A DNA stretch of 64,000 nucleotides from Octopus sinensis (Eukaryota), in the NCBI RefSeq assembly GCF_006345805.1, contig NC_043023.1, positions 5,146,001 to 5,210,000 of the forward strand, given 5' to 3'. The translations under genes were made by a program, and so were the position numbers. Positions 28,401 to 42,100 of this stretch are shown piece by piece (the stretch's first letter is position 1; each line of letters opens with the position of its first letter). The notes beneath the pieces were generated by a model that saw nothing but the letters and a program-made list of their open reading frames with translations, was not told the DNA's origin and ran no database searches.

Positions 28401-28606
28401 ACATACACACACAAACATGTATGTATATATATATTAGTGTATGTGTGTGGGTGTATATATGATCGTTTTTCTGTGTAGACTCAACATATGGCAACAAGGA
28501 TATATTATGGTGTTCACAGATAGATTATATACACAATATACAATCTATGTGAGCTGAGTTAATACAAACGTGTGTTGATATGTGTGTATATATTCCTACC
28601 TGTGTT

Positions 28607-28640
<34 letters not shown>

Positions 28641-31600
28641 CGTGTGTGTGTATGAAGGAAAGGGTATAAGATATCAAGGTGCCATGCCCATATATGGCAG
28701 TCCACCTACAACCACACTTGCTGCTGCTGCTGCCATAGGCTCACTTCCTGTTCCTGTGTTTGCTCAAGTCATAAACATGTTACCGTAGCAACAACTCACA
28801 TAAACTGCCAAAACTTGCCAGCTGTAAAATATATAGTGGAAGTGAGTCGTGGTGGCTGTGGTGGTGATGGTGATGGTGGTGTTTGTAATGGTAGTGGTAG
28901 TGGTAATGATGGTGGTGGTTGTGATGGTGATGTATAGTTGTTATGGTGGTGGTGGTAGTAGTTGTTGTGGTGATTATCGTGTCTGTGATGGTGGTAGCTG
29001 TGATGGTGGTGGTCGTGGTGGTGGTGGTTGTGATGGTGGTGGTAATCCAGTGGTGTAGTGGTAGATTGTGTGATGGTTGAGACTGACCGAAATATTGGTT
29101 TCAAATTTTGGCACAAGGCCAGAAATTTCAGAGGAGGGTGTAAGTCAATTACATCGACTCCAGTATCCAACTGGTTCTTATTTTTATCGACACTAAAAGG
29201 ATGAAAGGCATAGTCAACCTTGTTGGAATTTGAACTCAGAACAGAAGATGAATATAATGCTACTAAGCATTTCACCCAGTGTGTTAATGATTCTGCCAGT
29301 TTGCCACCTTACTCTACTCTTTTACTTGTTTCAGTCATTTGACTGTGGCCATGCTGGAGCACCACCTTTAATCAAGCAACTCGACCCCAGGACTTATTCT
29401 TTTGTAAGCCCAGTACTTATTCTATCGATCTCTTTTGCTGAACCGCTAAGTAACGGGGACATAAACACACCAGCATCGGTTGTCAAGCAATGCTAGGGGG
29501 ATAAACACAGACACACAAACACACACACATATATACGACAGGCTTCTTTCAGTTTCCGTTTACAAGGCTTTGGTAGGCCCGAGGCTATAGTAGAAAACAC
29601 TTGCCCAAGGTGCCATGATGTGGGACTGAACCTGGAACCATGTGGTTGGTAAGCAAGCTACTTCCCACACACCTTAATAATAATAATCTGTTATACTATA
29701 GGCACAAGGCCTGAAGTTTTTGGCAAGAGGGGTTAGATTGATTACATTGACTCCAGTACTTAACTGGTACTTAATTTATCAACCCTGAAAGGATGAAAGG
29801 CAAAGTTGATCTTGGTACAATTTGAACTTAGAATGTAAAAACAGAAAAAAACCCAACTATATTTAAAACTGGACAGTAGGGGGGAGAGATTTTTTACGAT
29901 TTTTGATTTCATGCTGGTAGTGCAGAAAAGTTGTGAATGGACATCAAAATAATGGGTAAAATCTCAGAACTTTGTGACAATATCTTCTGTCTCTACAAAT
30001 GCATGGGAAAATGGAAAAAATGGAAAAAAAAAGACCACCTCTACTTATTTATTACCTACTAGCTGACCACGTACCATCAATAATGATGGCTAATTGTAGT
30101 ATCGTATATATAAATAAGGTACAAAATAATCACACATACAAACATTCACATACTTCCCTTGTACACGCACACATATACTCATAGAGTTGAAATACTGATT
30201 TTTTCACCCCTTCCTTCCTTATTCATCTATCACCCGTTCCTTTCGCTCATTGCTCTTACTTTCTCTCACTCCCCCTCAGTCAGGGCTATTACTCTCACTA
30301 CTCCTCCTTCACTGAATTACTATTTTCTCTCCTCATCTGCGTCTGGCATGACTCTGGATAAATTTATAAAAACACCACGCTTGTTTTTATATTAGATGAA
30401 ATACAGTTTTCCTTGTATCTTCTTCGGGTAGCTTTTAAATGACTGTGATGAAATTACTCTAAAATACAACTTAAACATATCTTTTCTGTTACTTCCTCTT
30501 CTGCCTCCACAAAGACAGACAGGGTGGTCTGTAATTTACATCTACATGAAAAATTTTCTGAATCTGATAATTTACAGTATTTTTGCATATTTTGAGGCAT
30601 TTGTAGAGGCAGAAGATGAAGTTATAGGCAAAAAACATGTTGGAGTAATTTCTTCACAGTCATTTAAAAGCTACCTGAAGAAGATGCAAGGAAAACTGTT
30701 TTTATAGTTAATAGAGGTGCCGGAGTGGCTGTGTGGTAAGTAGCTTGCTTGCCAACCACATGGTTCCGGGTTCAGTCCCACTGCATGGAACATGGGCAAG
30801 TGTCTTCTACTATATCCTCGGGCCGACCAAAGCCTTGTGAGTGGATTTGGTAGAAGGAAACTGAAAGCAGTCCGTCATGTATAAGTATATATATATGTAT
30901 GTGTGTATATATGTTTGTGTCTGTGTTTATCCCCACAACATCGCTTGACAACTGATGGTGGTGTTTTTACGTCCCCGTAACTTAACGGTTCAGCAAAAGA
31001 GATAGAATAAGTACTAGGCTTACAAAGAATAAGTCCTGGTGTCAATTTGCCTGACTATAGGTGGTACTCCAGCATGGCTGCAGTCAAATGATTGAAACAA
31101 GTATAAGAGTAAGAGAGAGAGAGAGTATGGATGAAATACCACTAAGCCTTTTGCCTGGTGGGCTAACACTTCTTTTATACACTAGGCACAAGGCACAAAA
31201 TTTTGGGGCCAGCCGATTAATTTATCGACCCCAAAAGGATGAAAGGCAAAGTCGGCCCTGGTGGAATTTGAACTTAGAACATAAAGACAGACAGAATACC
31301 ACTAAGTATTTCACCCGGTATACTAACAATTCTGTCGGCTCACTACCTTAACAAACCGAAATCCTGAGCACACTCTTTTGTATTCAACAAATACATATAA
31401 TTATTGATATCACTTAATTACATAATCAAGGTAATTGCATAGGGCAAAGTCAATGTTAATTAAAGCATAAGATTGTGTTTTTTAATTCTCAATAAAAAAA
31501 AAGTTTGTGGAATGTTCAGTGTTTATTTGATGTCTTCTATCTTTTACTCGTTTCAGTCATTATACAGCGGCCATGCTGGGGCACCGCCTTGAAGAATTTT

Positions 31601-31805
31601 TAGTCCAGTACCTATTGTTTTTTTTAAACCCTGGTACTTAGTCTATCAGTCTCTTTTGCTGAATTGTTAAGTTATGGGGATGTATGCTAAACACAACAAC
31701 ATCATTTGTCAAATGGTGGTGGAGGACAAACACAGAGACACACATACACATAAATATCATAATCGTCATTTAATGTCTGCCTTCCATGCTAGCATGGGTG
31801 AATAA

Positions 31806-31879
<74 letters not shown>

Positions 31880-32031
31880 TTCCAATACTTTGGAGTCTGC
31901 CCTTTTTTTCAGATATATGAACTACTGATGACATACATACATACATATACATACATATATATATACATTTATGTATATATATATATATAAATAAATATAA
32001 ATGTATGTATATATATATATAAATATAAATG

Positions 32032-32074
<43 letters not shown>

Positions 32075-32742
32075 GTAAATATAATATGTGACAATTATTC
32101 GGTAGCCATGATAAAACTCTGAGTTTCGGATGTTGGGGCGGAAACCCATGCCGCCATGTCTTCAGTTATCCGCCCATCGAAAAAATGCCCTTAGAGTTTT
32201 ATCATGGCTACTGAATGATTGTCACATATTATATTTATATGTAAATTCCTCTATTTACATAATATCAAGGTCTTTTTAATTTTTTTGTTGTCTTACCATT
32301 TCTATCAATATATATATAAGATGGGATCCTTTCAGTTTCCATCTACCAAATCCACTCACAAGGTTTTGGTCGCCCGAAAGCTACAATATAAGACACTTGG
32401 CCAAGGTGCCACACAGTGGGGCTGAATCCGAAAACATGTTGGGAATTAAGCTTCTTGGCACACAGTCATTAGCACGCTTAATGACTTATGAATAAAAAGA
32501 TTCTAAAAGCTACTCTTTATGTGATAAAATGACTGTAGTCAGTATTTCAAGTAAAAAAAAAAAGATAACTATTAAATGAGACTATCCCAGTAGATGACTG
32601 GTACTTAATTTTATGAACCTAGAAAAATTAAAGATAAAGTTTGACTCCATTTTCTGCTATAATTCCATTCACATCCAGGATGTTTCATAGGAAAATTAAA
32701 TCTACCCCAGTATTTCACTACTATTTTATCTTATCAACCCTA

Positions 32743-32788
<46 letters not shown>

Positions 32789-32838
32789 CGTCCATCCGTT
32801 CGTCCGTCCGTCCGTCCGTCCGTCCGTCCGTCCGTCCG

Positions 32839-32879
<41 letters not shown>

Positions 32880-33130
32880 ATATATATTTACACACAGACA
32901 CAAACTAAAATGGTCAGTTGTAGATATAGCAGAATGACAATACAGCTATGACCACCACTACTGTCCCTGCAACAGTAACAACTACCTACCTCTGTAATAT
33001 ATTACGCAACAAGATCAGTCCATCTACAAGCAGTTTCTTCTGGTTCATTTGTTGTAAGGTATTGAGTGCAGAAATTATGGAGTCTATTCCTGCAGATAAG
33101 AAAGATAAGGGTGACAGATACAAAGAAAAC

Positions 33131-33168
<38 letters not shown>

Positions 33169-36100
33169 TAATAAGGGTAGAAATTGATATTAATCAATTA
33201 AAACCAGTGGCCTAGCATATTAAAGAAATCCGAAGATTAAAATATTTTTTACATACAAAATTTAAAGGACTGACCACTAAAAGTGGACAGTCAATATGCT
33301 AGATATAGACGCCAAAATTGCTATTTTCCACGAAGAATGTGTTCTCAAGAAAAAACTCAGCACGAAATTAAAGTGTAAAAAATAAGCAAGACAAATGAAA
33401 ATATACGAAATCAAAAACGATTATATATATATATATATATTTATTCTTTTACTTGAGGACAAATACAGACGCAAAGACACACACACATAGATACACACAC
33501 ACAACAGGATTCTTTCAGTTTCCATCTACCAAATCCACTCACAAAGCTTTGGTTGGCCTGAGGCTAGAGTAGAAGACAATTGCCCAAGGTACAAGTTTTT
33601 CTCAAAAATGCTAAGAGTAAAAGATGTTTTATATGACACATTCTACCAGTGTCCGAAGTTTGAAAGTGTTTAGTTACAAAAAAATAATTTTTAAATCTGT
33701 AGATCAAAGGTAAAGATCCAAATACTGTAGGTTAAACAAAGGCTCCGTGAAGGTTCATAAGATCCATCCAATGAGATGTCTGCACTCAGAGGTCAGTTTA
33801 GTCATGTGACTAATGAAAGATGCATTGTTTGACATCATTAGTCCTAAGTCCTGTAAGTCATAAGCACGTTGAATCATTGTGTAGACAAGTGACAAGTCCC
33901 TTAAATCCTTGGGGGTCAATAGGGCATTTCAGCCATGCAGTTATCTAGGGTGAGAAAGCCTGGCAGAGCTGATCCCTCTTCAGGCTAAACTCATTTTTAT
34001 AGCTGAGTGGATTGGAGCAATTTGAAATGAAGTGTTTTGCCCAAGAATACAACAGATTGCCCGGTCCAGAGATTGAAACCACAATCTTACCATCATGAAT
34101 CCAACTCTCTAACCACTAAGCGACATGCCACCGCTAGTGGTACACATTTCTACAGCTGAGAGGAATGGAGCAACATGAAATGAAGCGTTTTGCTCAAGAA
34201 CACAATGCATTGCCCAGTCCAGAGATCGAAACCACAATCTTACGATTATGAGTTCAACACCCTAACCATTAAGCCACATACCCCCTTGTGTTATCTGATG
34301 TCAAATCATGTGATTGGTGTGTATTTCTTCATAATGAAGAATTTGAAATATTGCTGCTTTAAATTTCATTTTTTTTTATAGGCGCAGGAGTGGCTGTGTG
34401 GTAAGTAGCTTGCTTATGAACCACAGTTCTGGGTTCAGTCCCACTGTGTGGCATCTTGGGCAAGCATCTTCTACTATAGCCTCGGGCTGACCAAAGCCTT
34501 GTGAGTGGATTTGGTAGATGGAAACTGTATGTGTGTGTGAGTGTATATTTGTGTTTACATCGCTGGTGTGTTTATGTCCCCGTAACTTAGCGGTTCAGCA
34601 AAAGAGACCGCTAGAATAAGTACTAGGCTTACAGAGAATAAGTCCTGAGGTCGATTTGCTCGAATAAAGGTGGTGCTCCAGCATGGCCACAATCAAATGA
34701 CTGAAACAAGTAAAAGAGTAATTGTTTGGCGACAGTTCTTCAAGATCAGTTCATGAATTTTCATGAAGTTTTCAGGGGGTCAACGACAGCTCTGAACAAA
34801 GTTGGTCTTCAAGCAACAAGTGACCATTTCCTAAAGCATGAAAACTACTTATAAACTTGTGTTTTGCTCGTGGCAGTTACGGGGATGTAAACACATCAGC
34901 ATCGGTTGTCAAGTGATGTTGGGGGGGAGGGACAAACATCATCAGCATTTAGTGTCCACTTTCCATGCTGGCATGGGTTGGACGGTTCAACTGGGGTCTG
35001 GGAAGCCAGAAGGCTACACCAGGCCCAGTCTGATCTGGCAATGTTTCTAAGGCTGGATGCCCTTCTTAACACCAACCACACCATGAGTGTAGTGGGTGCT
35101 TTTTACGTGCCACTGGCACAGGTGCCAAACGAGGCTGGCAAATGGCCATGATCAGATGGTGCTTTTTACGTGCCACCGGCACGGAGGCCAGGCGAGGCTG
35201 GCACTGATACACAAATATATATGCACACACATACATATATATATACATATATATATACCAGTATATATACATATATACTGGTGATGAAAGCTGGGGCTAT
35301 GGCTACAACCTGGAAACAAAGCAGCAATCAAGTCAACGGATGTATTCAATGACATCACACCACAAAAAAGTTCACTGTCAAGACGATGCTGATTTATTTC
35401 ATCGATGCAAAAGGATTGTCCACACAAAATTTGTTCCTCCTGGTCAAATTATCAATCAGACATTTTATTTGGCAATTGTGAAGCATATGAGACAAAAATG
35501 CCCTGACCTGTGGCTAAGCGGAGAGTGGTGGTTTTATCATAACAATGTGACTGAGCACACCACTTTGAGTGTGAGACAGTTTTTGACCAAAAATGGCCTG
35601 ATCCTACCCTTCCTATTAATTTGATCTTGCTCCCTGAAACCTTTTTTTTGTTTCCCTGAATGAAAAAAGTCCTTAAAGGAAAACGTTTTGCAGATGTGGA
35701 AGAGGAGTAGAAAAAAACTATGGAGGCATTAAAAGGCATCACTTCGCAAGAGTTCCAGCACTGCTTTGAACATTGCTTCCATGATCAATCTTGTGAAAAT
35801 GCTTTAGCAAAATCCAAGGTATATGCAGTCAGTTTCCATTCCTCACAAGAGATTATTAAGAATAGTATTATGGTGTTGTGATAGTTGTGACGGGCAACTT
35901 TATCTCAGGCCAATCTGGTTAAGTGTAGATGATTTTTGTGTAGCAAAACGGAAAAGAACTTTTCTTTTATATAAGATATTTTTAGATCCATTTCAATGTT
36001 CTTTGTTTTCCTTTTTTACTTAATGTTATCTGCCGAGAAAATCTGTTTTTTTTAGATGTTTTGTTAGTTTGGTTCTGTTATGCATTAGTATCCGTTCATC

Positions 36101-39100
36101 TCATAGAACTGAACTCTCATGGGAATAGGCATGTTTATATGAGGTTTCCAACAGATCTTGATTAAGTCTTCGTACAGAAATTTCACTCTCTCGTTAACAC
36201 AGAGGTTGCCAATATGTTTGTTTTGAGGATTTCAGTTTTGATTTCCTTCTACTAGGCCTTCCGGAAATTCAAGTTCACAAGGGGTGAGTCATGTTTGATG
36301 TTATTTGTATGTGTTGCCCTCTTTGAACCATATATAGATAATTGTATAATGTTGCAGTCCCAAACAGCTGCTGGCATGACCTGAGTGATGTGAATGAAGT
36401 CTGTATTGGTGGTAAGCCTAAGCTGAATATGCCATTCCCCCTAGGTGGACGGGTAATAATTTGTTGCATGAAGAAGTCTTTAGTGGTATCGGGGAAAGTA
36501 TTCTTATCTCTCCTGTTTAGTTGTTTAGTTTCATGTTGGATACAGTCCTCAGTTCAGCTGAAACTAGGGAAATTAAAGTCCTCTGTTAAAAGTACATTGG
36601 CCTGTGGGCTGGCCTCACTTAGGGTTTAACTTATATTTCTTTACTACCCACAAGGGACTAAACATGGAAGGGACAAACAAGGACAGACAAAGGGAGTAAG
36701 TCGATTACATTGACCCCAGTGCGAAACTGGTACTTTATTTATTGACCCCGAAAGGAGGAAAGGCAAAGTCGACCTTGGCGGAATTTTAACTCAGAATGTA
36801 ACGACAGACGAAATACCACTAAGCATTTCGCTCGATGCGCTAACGTTTCTGCCAGCATTTTAACTTATGTGTGACAAAACACCCCAGAAGTTACCTCCAT
36901 GGTTAATTACATCAGGAGGATGGTAGGTAATGCCTATGATCAAATTGAGGTCAATCACATGCATTATTAGTATACTTCACACTGTGTTGGAGTGGGAGAG
37001 GAGGACATTTGTTGCTTCTGCAGTCAGTTCTGTGTAGTACATAACCCAACATATATACTTTCACATTCAACGTGTCTGGGTCTAACGCATTTCACTAAGT
37101 GCTAAACATATTCTTTTCTCTGTATGCAAGTTCTTCGAGATATGATACTTTAATGATGGAAGGCAAGGTTTATGATATCGGAGAAATATCGTCTCCTTCA
37201 ATCATCCTTTTCTTGTTCTTTATGTAGTTCAGTCTTCCGGCAGGCAAAGAGAAAAGACTTCAAGCATAAATGCTATTTACAACTGGTTTATTTTAACGAA
37301 AGGTGAAGTGTGCTGCTCTCAGCTGCCATCCTAAGCTCTGATAGTGCGGGTGCAAATTACCTCCAGCCAGTGGTGTGTTCAGCAAGCGCTGCTGTGAGGT
37401 GGCGCCAAAAAAGAGAGATTTGAAGAGGGTTTTCCCTTTATATAGTTTTCTATCGCGAGCCTCGTTGTGATCTCGTGCATGGCAAATGGATGCAGGTGAG
37501 GTCTCACACCAGTCTCGGAGATGGCAATGGCTGCCGCCAGATCTCATCCATTATGGTGCTGACTGCTTGTGCCGCTACAGTACTTTTGTTCGATTTGTGA
37601 AGTGTAAATATATGTAATGTATGTAAATATGCAGCATGGAATTTTGTCAGTGAACACGTTGCGATCTTAAAGCGCCGAAAATATTTTGGCAAATTAAATT
37701 TAAATGTTGAAGTGAATCTAACAGTTTTTGTGTGTTTCTTAAATAGTTTATAAACACCTTCCATGCTGCAATTGTTTATATATATACACACATATATATA
37801 TACATATGAAATGAACTGGCTCAAACAGACAACAAATCATGATGATGATGATTATTATCATATCACCATGGTGATAGCAATGACCAAGTTGCCTTTGTGA
37901 TCAACTTACCATAAACTGAATGAAAGTGACTAAAAAACGTTGGTACTTCAGACAAAAGAGTCAGACACTGAAATAAAAGCCTGAAAAATAAATTAGAAAC
38001 ACTTCAATAAAATAATAATAAAAAACTACACCAAATAAAGAAGAGAAATGGAAAATATTGCAAAGATATAAAATATTAAATCTCCATAAAATTCACAGAA
38101 TGAAACAAATCTTTCAAAAATGCAGCAGAAATTAACAGACATAAAAGGCAAAATCAAATATTGGTTTCCAATTTTGGTAGAAGGCCAATAATTTTGGGTG
38201 AGTGGGTAAGTCAATTGCATCGACCCCTGTACTCAACTGGAATTTATTCTATTGACCCTAAAAGAATGAAAACGAAAGTTGACTGAGTTGACCCCAAGTG
38301 ATTTTCATTGTCTCTGTTGTATAAGGAAGCCACGTGGGGAGAGAAGAGAGAGAGGTAGAGGTAGAGGGATAGAAGAATTAAGGAAGGGCAAAAGAAAAAT
38401 GAAAGAGACACAGTGAAGTGAAAGAGGGAGAGTGAATAGAATGAACGAAGTGTGAAAGGGCTGAAAGAAAGAAGGAAAGAAAGAAAGAATACAAAGAACA
38501 ATAGAGTCATACAAAATTTAGATATATATATACTTACATATAAGAGACCAAAGTGTACATACCCTGCTATATTTTATATATAAAAAAAAACAAAAATGGG
38601 ACAAGAATGCAAAACATCCAGACAGTTAGGTGAAACAAAAAAAAAAAAGGAAAACAAAATATCCAGACAGACAATACAAGGAAAACAAGGACGGATCATT
38701 CGGAGTTTTCTATCCTCAGTCGAGTTCCAGATTATCTTTGCAATTTCAGCTGATTATACTCGAGATTGCTCCAATCTGCCCAGTCCCAAGGGAAAATAAG
38801 CTAAGAGCATTACATTCCTTGGAAGAAAGCAGTGAATGTATATGAAACAAGGATGAAATGACGGGCTTCTTTCAGTTTCTGTCTACCAAATCCACTCACA
38901 AGGCTTTGGTCAGCCTGAGGTCATAGTGGAAAACACTTGCCCAAGGTGCCACACTGTGGTACTGAACTCAGAACCATGTGGTTGGGAAGCAAGCTTCTTA
39001 CCAAGTAGCCACTCCTGTCAAAAATTCTGCCAGCTCACTACCAAATTTTGTCACAAGGACAGTAATTTCGGAGGAGAGGTTAAGTTGATTACATTCAACC

Positions 39101-42100
39101 CCAGTATTCAACTGGTACTTATTTTATCAACCTGAATGTTTGAAAGGCAAAGACAACCTCAACTGAATTTGAACTCAGAACATAAAGATGGATGAAATGT
39201 CACTAAGCAAAAGGTGGTGCTCCAGCATGGCCATAGTCAAATGATTGAAACAAGTAAAAGAATAAAAGAATAAAGCATTTTGCCCAGCATGCTAACGATT
39301 CTGCCAGCTTGCCGCCTTAACTAACTGATACACAGGTTTCAAATTTTGGCACAAGGCCAGCAATTACAGGGGTGGGGTTAAGTTGATTACATCTATCCCA
39401 GTACTTAACTAGTACATATTTTATCAACCCCGAAAGGACGAAAGGTAAAGTTGACTTTGGTGGAATTTGAACACAGAATGTAAAGTTAGACAAAATGCTG
39501 TTAAGTATTTTGCCCAGCATTCTAACAATTCTGCCAGCTGACTGCCTTAGGCGAAATTAATATTAATGAAAGATTTATAATAACTTAAAATAAATTGAAA
39601 CAATAAAAGAATAAAAGTGCTGAAAATATTTTTATATCATTAATCGTTTACTTCTTTCAGTCATGGAACTGTAGCCATGCTGGAGCAACAGCATGAAGTT
39701 GTTTAGTTGAACAAATTAACCCCAGTACATATTTTTATGTTTGGTACATATTGTAGTGGTCTCTTTACTGAACTGGAGATGTAAACAAACCAACACTGGT
39801 TTTCAAGCAGTGAGAAGAGGTGGCTAGGCACAGGTGTGGCTGTGTGGTAAAAGGTGGCGAGCTGGCAGAAACGTTAGCATGCTGGGCGAAATGCTCAAGC
39901 AGTATTTTGTCTGCCGTTACATTCCGAGTTCAAATTCCGCCAAGGTCGACTTTGCCTTTCATCCTTTCGGGGTCGATAAATTAAGTACCTGTTATGCACT
40001 GGAGTCGATGTAATCGACTTAATCCCTTTGTTTTTCCCCTCTATGTTTAGCCCCTTGTGGGCAATAAAGAAATAAGAAACTGAAAGAAGCCTGTCATGTA
40101 TACAATGAATCGACCCCAATAATCACCTTTTGTTAAGTCTGGTGCTTATTCTATCATTTATTTTTGCTGAGCCACTCAGGCTTCTTTCAGTTTCCATGTA
40201 CCAAATCCACTCACAAGGCTTTGGTTAGATCAGTCTATGGTAAAAGACACTCCCACAAATGCCAAGCAGTGGAAACAAACCCAAAACTGATAGAATAAGG
40301 ACCAGACTTAACAAAAGGTGATTACTGGGGTTGATTCATTATATACATGACAGGCTTCTTTCAGTTTCTATCTACCAAATTGTCCACAAGGGGCTAAACA
40401 TAGAGGGGAAAAACAAAGGGATTAAGTCAATTATATCGATCCCAGTGTGTAACTGGTACTTAATTTATCGACCCCCAAAAAGATGAAAGGCAAACTTGAC
40501 CTTGGCGGAATTTGAACTCAGAACGTTACGGTAGACGAAATACCTATTTCTTTACTACCCACAAGGGGCTAAACACAGAGAGGACACACAAGGACAGACA
40601 AACAGATTAAGTCGATTATATTGACCCCAGTGCATAACTGGTAGTTATTTAATCGACCCTGAAAGGATGAAAGCAAAGTTGACCTTGGCGGAATTTGAAC
40701 TCAGAACGTAACGGCAGATGAAATATCGCTAAGCATTTTGCCCGGTGTGCTAATGATTCTGCCAGCTCACTGCCTTACTTCTTTCAGTTTCTATCTACCA
40801 AATCTTCTTAGATAGCTTTGGTCAGCCTGAGGATATAGTAGAAGACACTTGCCCAGTGTTCAAGAGAGTGGGACAAAACCTGGAATCATGTGGTTGGAAA
40901 GCAAACTTCTTACCAAACTACCATACAAGTCTGGTTTTTTCATTCTTTTCTTTTTGCTTTTGATCAGTATTGAACCACAAAACTCAGGAAAGGGTCTTAG
41001 TTATAAGTATAACAAACAAAAATACAGTTTCCATCTTAAATATATTTTGCTCACAAGTATTGATCAACCCAAGGCTAAATGGTATAAGACAAACTTGCTC
41101 AACATGCCACACATGCATGGATCAAACCCAGAAGCAAAGGGTTGTGGAGTAAGGTTCTTAACACATTAACTGCTACAGCCTGTCACTAAAACTTACCGGT
41201 GATGCCACGTATTTCACGTGGTCACATTGCATGCTATTTAATTACAAGAAGATATAATTTTTTTTACATTTTTATATTTCATAATTAAACTTTAATATTT
41301 AACACTCATGTTATTTAAATACCCTCAAAACCATGTCGAGCATCATCATCATCGTTTAATGTTTGCTTTTACATGTTGGCATGTGGCTTAGTGGTTAGGG
41401 TGTCAGCATCATGATCGTAAGATTGTGGTTTCGATTCCTGGACCGGGCGACATATTGTGTTCTTGAGCAAAACACTTCATTTCACGTTGCTCCAGTCCAC
41501 TCAGCTGGCAAAAATGAGTAACGCTGCGATGGACTGGCGTCCCATCCAGCTGGGGAGCACATATGCCATGGAAACTGGGCCTGTAGTGATGCTACTGTGT
41601 AGGGTTCAGCACGCATGCGCAGAATGAGACTACTTCCAGGTGGCCACCGGAAGTCTTCCCCATGCGCATGTGCGGGAAACGATCCCTTAGGCCCGCTAAA
41701 CTCAAATCCTTCTCTCTGGCAAGACAGCCGACGCGAACAGACGTGCATTTCGTAGACTCTGATAACCTCACCGACTTAGCCGCGAACGACATCGAACCAC
41801 TTCAACAAACGAACAAGAAGAAGCTGTACATCAGAGGCTGTCGTTCTCCCATCAGATATACTTACGCCATCGCAATTAATAAACAAACTGCTGTCTTTCA
41901 CCCATAACCTGACTTCGTCTGTTATGTCTTACTAAATTGTATGTGACTGGATCGGATCGACACCCTTTCAGTGAAACGATAACAGATCCTGTTACAGGCC
42001 CATGAGCCTGGCTAGGCTTTAAAAGGGTGCATTTATATTATTTTTTTTTTACATGTTGGCATGGATTGGTCAGTTTGACATGGAGCCGGCAAGCAGGGAG

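Noticed and set aside
38690-38730. CTGAGGA..GAA hammerhead-like string on the minus strand
   Set aside because: Stem II and stem I do not pair convincingly.
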